A stretch of DNA of 64,000 bases from NCBI GenBank assembly GCA_963789855.1, contig CAWBMM010000008.1:78005-142004 (forward strand), read 5' to 3'. Positions 60,442 to 64,000 of the stretch are shown piece after piece (within the stretch, counting starts at the first letter, position 1; the number at the start of each line of letters is the position of its first letter). The notes beneath the pieces were generated by a model that was given only the letters and a program-made list of their open reading frames with translations, was not told the origin of the DNA and did not search any database. The DNA comes from an uncultured Actinomycetota bacterium. GTDB taxonomy: Bacteria > Actinomycetota > Actinomycetes > JACCUZ01. The translations under genes were made by a program, and so were the position numbers.

Positions 60442-61359
60442 ATGCGCCCGGTCTGGTCCCGTCCTGTCCGTCGCGGGGTGCTGTGGTCGGCCTGGGTCGT
60501 GGTCGCCTTGCTCCTCCTGCCGGTGCTCGACGCGATCGCCTACGGCGTCGTGGTGCCCCTGAGCGGTCTCGCGGTCGCGCTCGTGCCGGGCATGCTGCCG
60601 CGCCGGGTGGCCCGGGACGACCGCCGCGACCTCGTGACGATCGGCGGGCTCTACCTCGGCGTCGTCGTCCTCATGCGGCTGGCCTTCGTCGGGTTCGGCA
60701 CCGAGCACACGGCGGGCCTGTTCCTGTGCTTCGCCGCTGCCCTGCTGCTCGGCGTCGGCGGCCCGGTCGGCTACACCGTGTGGGCGCGTGGCCGCACCCT
60801 GGCCGACCTCGGGCTGCGCAGCGACGACCTGGCTGCCACCGCCGTGCTGGCGGTGCTGTTCGGCGGGGTCCAGTTCGCGCTCACGTTGTGGGGCTACGAC
60901 CTGCCGGCGCCGGTCGACTGGGTGCCGTTGCTCGTGATGGCGCTGGTCGTCGGCGTCTTCGAGTCGGTCTTCTTCCGCGGCTTCGTCCAGCAGCGCCTGG
61001 AGGCTCGGCTCGGCCCGGTGGGCGGCATCGCCGCTGCGTCGGTGCTCTACGGGCTGTACCACGTCGGCTACGGGATGGGTGTCCGGGACATCGTCTTCCT
61101 CACCGGCCTCGGTGTGGTGTACGCCGTCGCGTTCGCCACGGTGCGCAACCTGCTGGTGCTCTGGCCGGCCCTGACCCCGCTCGGCTCGTTCTACGCCCAG
61201 GTGGACTCGGGAGAGATCGACCTGCCGTGGGCGTCGATCGCGGGCTTCGCCGACGTCTTCGTCGTGATGGTGCTCGCACTCTGGCTGGGCCGGCGGCACG
61301 CCCGCCGGGTCCGTCGCGCACCGGTCGGTCAGGAGTGCCGGACGCCGGCCAGCTGGTGA
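60442..61359 (+). CDS. CPBP-family (CAAX) intramembrane glutamic endopeptidase
   Basis: Motifs are VGVFESVFFRGFVQ and SVLYGLYHVGYG, and the protein is polytopic. ATG 60442 lies within ORF 60304..61359. Confidence 0.75.
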   Translation: MRPVWSRPVRRGVLWSAWVVVALLLLPVLDAIAYGVVVPLSGLAVALVPGMLPRRVARDDRRDLVTIGGLYLGVVVLMRLAFVGFGTEHTAGLFLCFAAALLLGVGGPVGYTVWARGRTLADLGLRSDDLAATAVLAVLFGGVQFALTLWGYDLPAPVDWVPLLVMALVVGVFESVFFRGFVQQRLEARLGPVGGIAAASVLYGLYHVGYGMGVRDIVFLTGLGVVYAVAFATVRNLLVLWPALTPLGSFYAQVDSGEIDLPWASIAGFADVFVVMVLALWLGRRHARRVRRAPVGQECRTPASW

Positions 61360-62126
61360 CCCGTCGCCACCAGGCGGCCGGTCGAGTCCCAGACGTCGCA
61401 CTCCTCGTCGACCCGTCCGCCGGCGACGTGCCGCGCCCGCTGCCGGACGACGAGCGGGCCGGGCGCCGGCGCCGCGCGCACGTGACAGGTGAGGCCGAGG
61501 GTCGGCACCCAGCCGCTGATGCCGAGGTCGAAGGAGGCGGGCGGCAGGGCGTCGACGACCGTGAGCAGCGACAGGGTGTCCGGCTCGCGCCCGTCCTCGA
61601 ACCGGAGCCAGCCGCGCAGCTCACCATGCCCGCTCGCCTCGCCGGTCGCCCAGCCGAGCGTGGCGGGGTCCAGCCGCTCGTCGAGGACCCCCATCAGCGG
61701 GACGAGGAAGCCGGGCCCCTCGACGGGCAGCCGGACGCAGGCCTGCTCGGGCGGCAGCTCCGGCCGCGGGACGCCGTCGTAGAACGGCGCGGTGCCGTCG
61801 AGATGGCCGCAGGTGACCAGCGCCTCGACGCACGGCCCGGTGCTGGTCGAGAGAGTCACGCTGGTCTGAGCCGTCCGTCGGCCGCGGCGCAGGACCCGCA
61901 CGGTCAGCGACGCCGGGCCCGGCTCCGGCGAGTCCAGGTAGTGCGCGCTCGCGACGAGCGGGTGCTCGAAGCCGTCCCCGAGCTCGGCGAGTGCGGCGCG
62001 GCCGGCCAGGGAGAGCAGGTAGCCGCCGTTGAGCCGGCCGGCGATCTGCCAGTCGGCATCCAGGTCCGCCTGGTAGCTGCCGTCGCCCGCCGGCAGCAGC
62101 ATCGTCGCCGCATCGAAGCCCGCCAT
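61329..62126 (-). CDS. Acyl-CoA thioesterase (TesB-like double hotdog) family protein
   Basis: The ORF reads MAGFDAATMLLPAGDGSYQADLDADWQIAGRLNGGYLLSL...DVWDSTGRLVATGHQLA. Confidence 0.65.
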   Translation of the reverse strand: MAGFDAATMLLPAGDGSYQADLDADWQIAGRLNGGYLLSLAGRAALAELGDGFEHPLVASAHYLDSPEPGPASLTVRVLRRGRRTAQTSVTLSTSTGPCVEALVTCGHLDGTAPFYDGVPRPELPPEQACVRLPVEGPGFLVPLMGVLDERLDPATLGWATGEASGHGELRGWLRFEDGREPDTLSLLTVVDALPPASFDLGISGWVPTLGLTCHVRAAPAPGPLVVRQRARHVAGGRVDEECDVWDSTGRLVATGHQLAGVRHS

Positions 62127-62281
62127 GGCCCGAGAGCATAGGGACGGACGCCGCACCGGTCGGCCGAGGAGACGGCTGACTGCACAAAAGGGATGTTTCG
62201 GACACAGAAACGACGGGAACGGCTTCGGATGGCCTTCCGGTCGACCGGCTGCGGAGGCGACCTACCCGCGGAGGTGCCGCC

Positions 62282-63637
62282 ATGTCCGGGACGATGGTCG
62301 ACGAAGCAGCGGTGACCCGAGGTCAGCGTCGGCGGGCGGTGTTCGCCAGCACCGTCGGCACCAGCATCGAGTGGTACGACTTCTTCCTCTACGGGACGGC
62401 CGCCGCGCTGGTGTTCCCGGACCTGTTCTTCCCGGAGCAGTCCAGGTTCGCCGGCATCCTGCTGTCCTACGGCACCCAGTTCGTCGGTTTCGCGGCGCGC
62501 CCGATCGGGGCGGCGATCTTCGGTCACTTCGGCGACCGGATCGGCCGCAAGGCGACCCTGGTGGCCACCCTGCTGCTGATGGGCATCGGCACCTTCCTCA
62601 TCGGCTGCCTGCCGACGTACGCCTCGATCGGCGTGCTGGCACCCGTGCTGCTGGTCCTGCTGCGCGTTGCCCAGGGTCTGGGCGTCGGCGGCGAGTGGGG
62701 TGGCTCGGTCCTGCTCTCGATGGAGTGGGGCTCGCGGCGGCGGCGCGGGCTGATGGCGAGCTTCCCGCAGATGGGCGTGCCGATGGGCCTGCTGCTGTCG
62801 ACCGGTGCGGTCAAGCTCGTCGAGGGCTGGACGGGCAGCGACTTCGAGACCTGGGGCTGGCGCATCCCGTTCCTGTTCAGCGCCGTGCTCGTGCTCATCG
62901 GGCTCTACGTCCGGCTGCGCGTCCTGGAGAGCCCGGAGTTCGCGGCGGTCCGCAAGCAGGAGACCGTGGTCAAGCAGCCGGTGCTCGAGGTGATCCGCAC
63001 CCAGCCGCGCGAGATCCTCACCTCGGCGTTCGTCCGGCTCTCCGAGCAGGCGCCGTTCTACCTGTTCATCACCTTCGTGCTGACCTACGGCGTCGAGAAG
63101 GTGAAGCTCGACAAGGGCGACCTGCTCAACGACACCCTGGTCGCGGCCGCGATCGGCCTCGCCACCGTGCCGTTCTTCGGGGCGCTCTCCGACGTGATCG
63201 GCCGCCGGCTGATGTACGGCATCGGCATCGTCTGCACGGCCGCGTTCGCCTTCCCCTACTACGGGTTGCTGGACACCGGCCAGGCCGGGCTCGTGCTGCT
63301 CGCCATCGTGCTGTCGCTGCTGTTCCACGACATGCAGTACGGCCCGCAGGCGGCCCTGATCGCCGAGCGGTTCGGCACCAACCTGCGCTACTCCGGCGCC
63401 GGGCTCGGCTACCAGCTCGCCTCGGTCATCGCCGGCGGGCCCGCTCCGCTGATCGCGGCGAAGATCCTCGAGGAGACCGGGTCGAGCACGGGGATCAGCT
63501 GGTACATCATCGGCTGCTGCGCCGTGGCCATGGTCGCCCTGATCGCGATGCCGGCGCGCCGGGAGATGCCCGAGGAGGAGAAGGTCATCGACCTCGAGGA
63601 CCGGGCCGCGCGCGCGGTTGTCACGTCGTCCCGGTGA
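62282..63637 (+). CDS. MFS metabolite:H+ symporter (MHS family)
   Basis: The ORF reads VFASTVGTSIEWYDFFLYGTAAALVF...GAAIFGHFGDRIGRK...LRVAQGLGVGGEWGG. It is an intact 451 aa. Confidence 0.85.
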   Translation: MSGTMVDEAAVTRGQRRRAVFASTVGTSIEWYDFFLYGTAAALVFPDLFFPEQSRFAGILLSYGTQFVGFAARPIGAAIFGHFGDRIGRKATLVATLLLMGIGTFLIGCLPTYASIGVLAPVLLVLLRVAQGLGVGGEWGGSVLLSMEWGSRRRRGLMASFPQMGVPMGLLLSTGAVKLVEGWTGSDFETWGWRIPFLFSAVLVLIGLYVRLRVLESPEFAAVRKQETVVKQPVLEVIRTQPREILTSAFVRLSEQAPFYLFITFVLTYGVEKVKLDKGDLLNDTLVAAAIGLATVPFFGALSDVIGRRLMYGIGIVCTAAFAFPYYGLLDTGQAGLVLLAIVLSLLFHDMQYGPQAALIAERFGTNLRYSGAGLGYQLASVIAGGPAPLIAAKILEETGSSTGISWYIIGCCAVAMVALIAMPARREMPEEEKVIDLEDRAARAVVTSSR

Positions 63638-64000
63638 CCGCCGTACGGCGCCGCGCCCTCGTCACCGGCGGCGCGAGCGGGATCGGCGCGGCCTGCGCGC
63701 GTCGGCTCGCCCGCGACGACCTGCACGTCGTGGTCGCCGACCTGGACGGCGACGGCGCCGAGAAGGTCGCCCGGGACGTCGGGGGCGAGGCCTGGCAGGT
63801 CGACCTCGCCGACACCGCGGCGCTGTCGGACCTGTCGCTCGACGTCGACGTGCTGGTCAACAACGCCGGCATCCAGCACGTGGCCCCGGTGCACGAGTTC
63901 CCGCCGGAGCGGTTCGCGGCGATCCTCGCCCTCATGGTCGAGGCGCCGTTCCTGCTGGTGCGGGCTGCCCTTCCGGCGATGTACGCGCGGGGCGCCGGGC
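63634..64000 (+). CDS. Short-chain dehydrogenase/reductase (3-hydroxybutyrate-dehydrogenase-like), 3' truncated by the window end
   Basis: GTG 63634 overlaps the upstream stop (GTGA). The ORF reads RRALVTGGASGIGAACARRLA...VLVNNAGIQHVAPV. Confidence 0.8.
   Translation, partial: MTAVRRRALVTGGASGIGAACARRLARDDLHVVVADLDGDGAEKVARDVGGEAWQVDLADTAALSDLSLDVDVLVNNAGIQHVAPVHEFPPERFAAILALMVEAPFLLVRAALPAMYARGAG

Overview
This is a very high-G+C (over 70% by eye) actinobacterial-type chromosomal segment, densely coding on both strands. I found no rRNA, tRNA, CRISPR array, transposase, integrase or phage genes, so it looks like ordinary chromosome rather than a mobile island. All calls come from reading the supplied ORF translations and the DNA by eye; no searches were run.

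Gene content, left to right:
- LysM gene, then an nrdR-nrdJ operon with phased NrdR-box-like motifs upstream.
- LuxR regulator, secreted cupin, MMPL stub, and a NarL-type two-component pair.
- Assorted small enzymes and an HD/LuxR regulator.
- A damaged F420/LLM oxidoreductase, then furA-katG.
- A large LAL (ATPase-LuxR) regulator and a BBE-type FAD oxidase.
- GYD, DUF1232 and NAD kinase genes.
- A translationally coupled receiver/TrxR-like fusion plus a cNMP-binding histidine kinase.
- YhhN, YkgJ-like, HPF-like and GCS2 genes.
- A form-I aerobic CO dehydrogenase cluster (coxMSL, an XdhC-TRASH fusion, coxD, coxE) with a LysR regulator.
- DUF2993, a large membrane protein, STAS and YihY.
- A second LAL regulator, a SulP remnant and an intact SulP transporter.
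- PEBP, MFS, DUF2461 and an ECF-type sigma factor.
- PAP2, an OmpR-type two-component pair, DUF2231 and hemerythrin.
- Housekeeping genes: YbaK, DUF167, GNAT, aroE, CPBP protease, thioesterase, MHS transporter and an SDR.

The most striking sequence-level signal is frameshifts. About 45 occur in the first 4.2 kb (LysM, nrdR, nrdJ), and about 17 more are scattered through 13 other genes. Every one I could phase is a +1 (single extra base) shift. This most likely reflects an insertion-biased sequencing or assembly artefact, worst at the left end, rather than natural decay, but it cannot be settled from sequence alone.

The biologically most interesting candidates are:
- the REC/Grx-like/TrxR-like fusion, which lacks both CxxC motifs, paired with a cNMP-binding kinase;
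- the XdhC-TRASH (metal-binding) fusion inside the Mo-Cu CODH cluster;
- several uncharacterised membrane and sensor modules.
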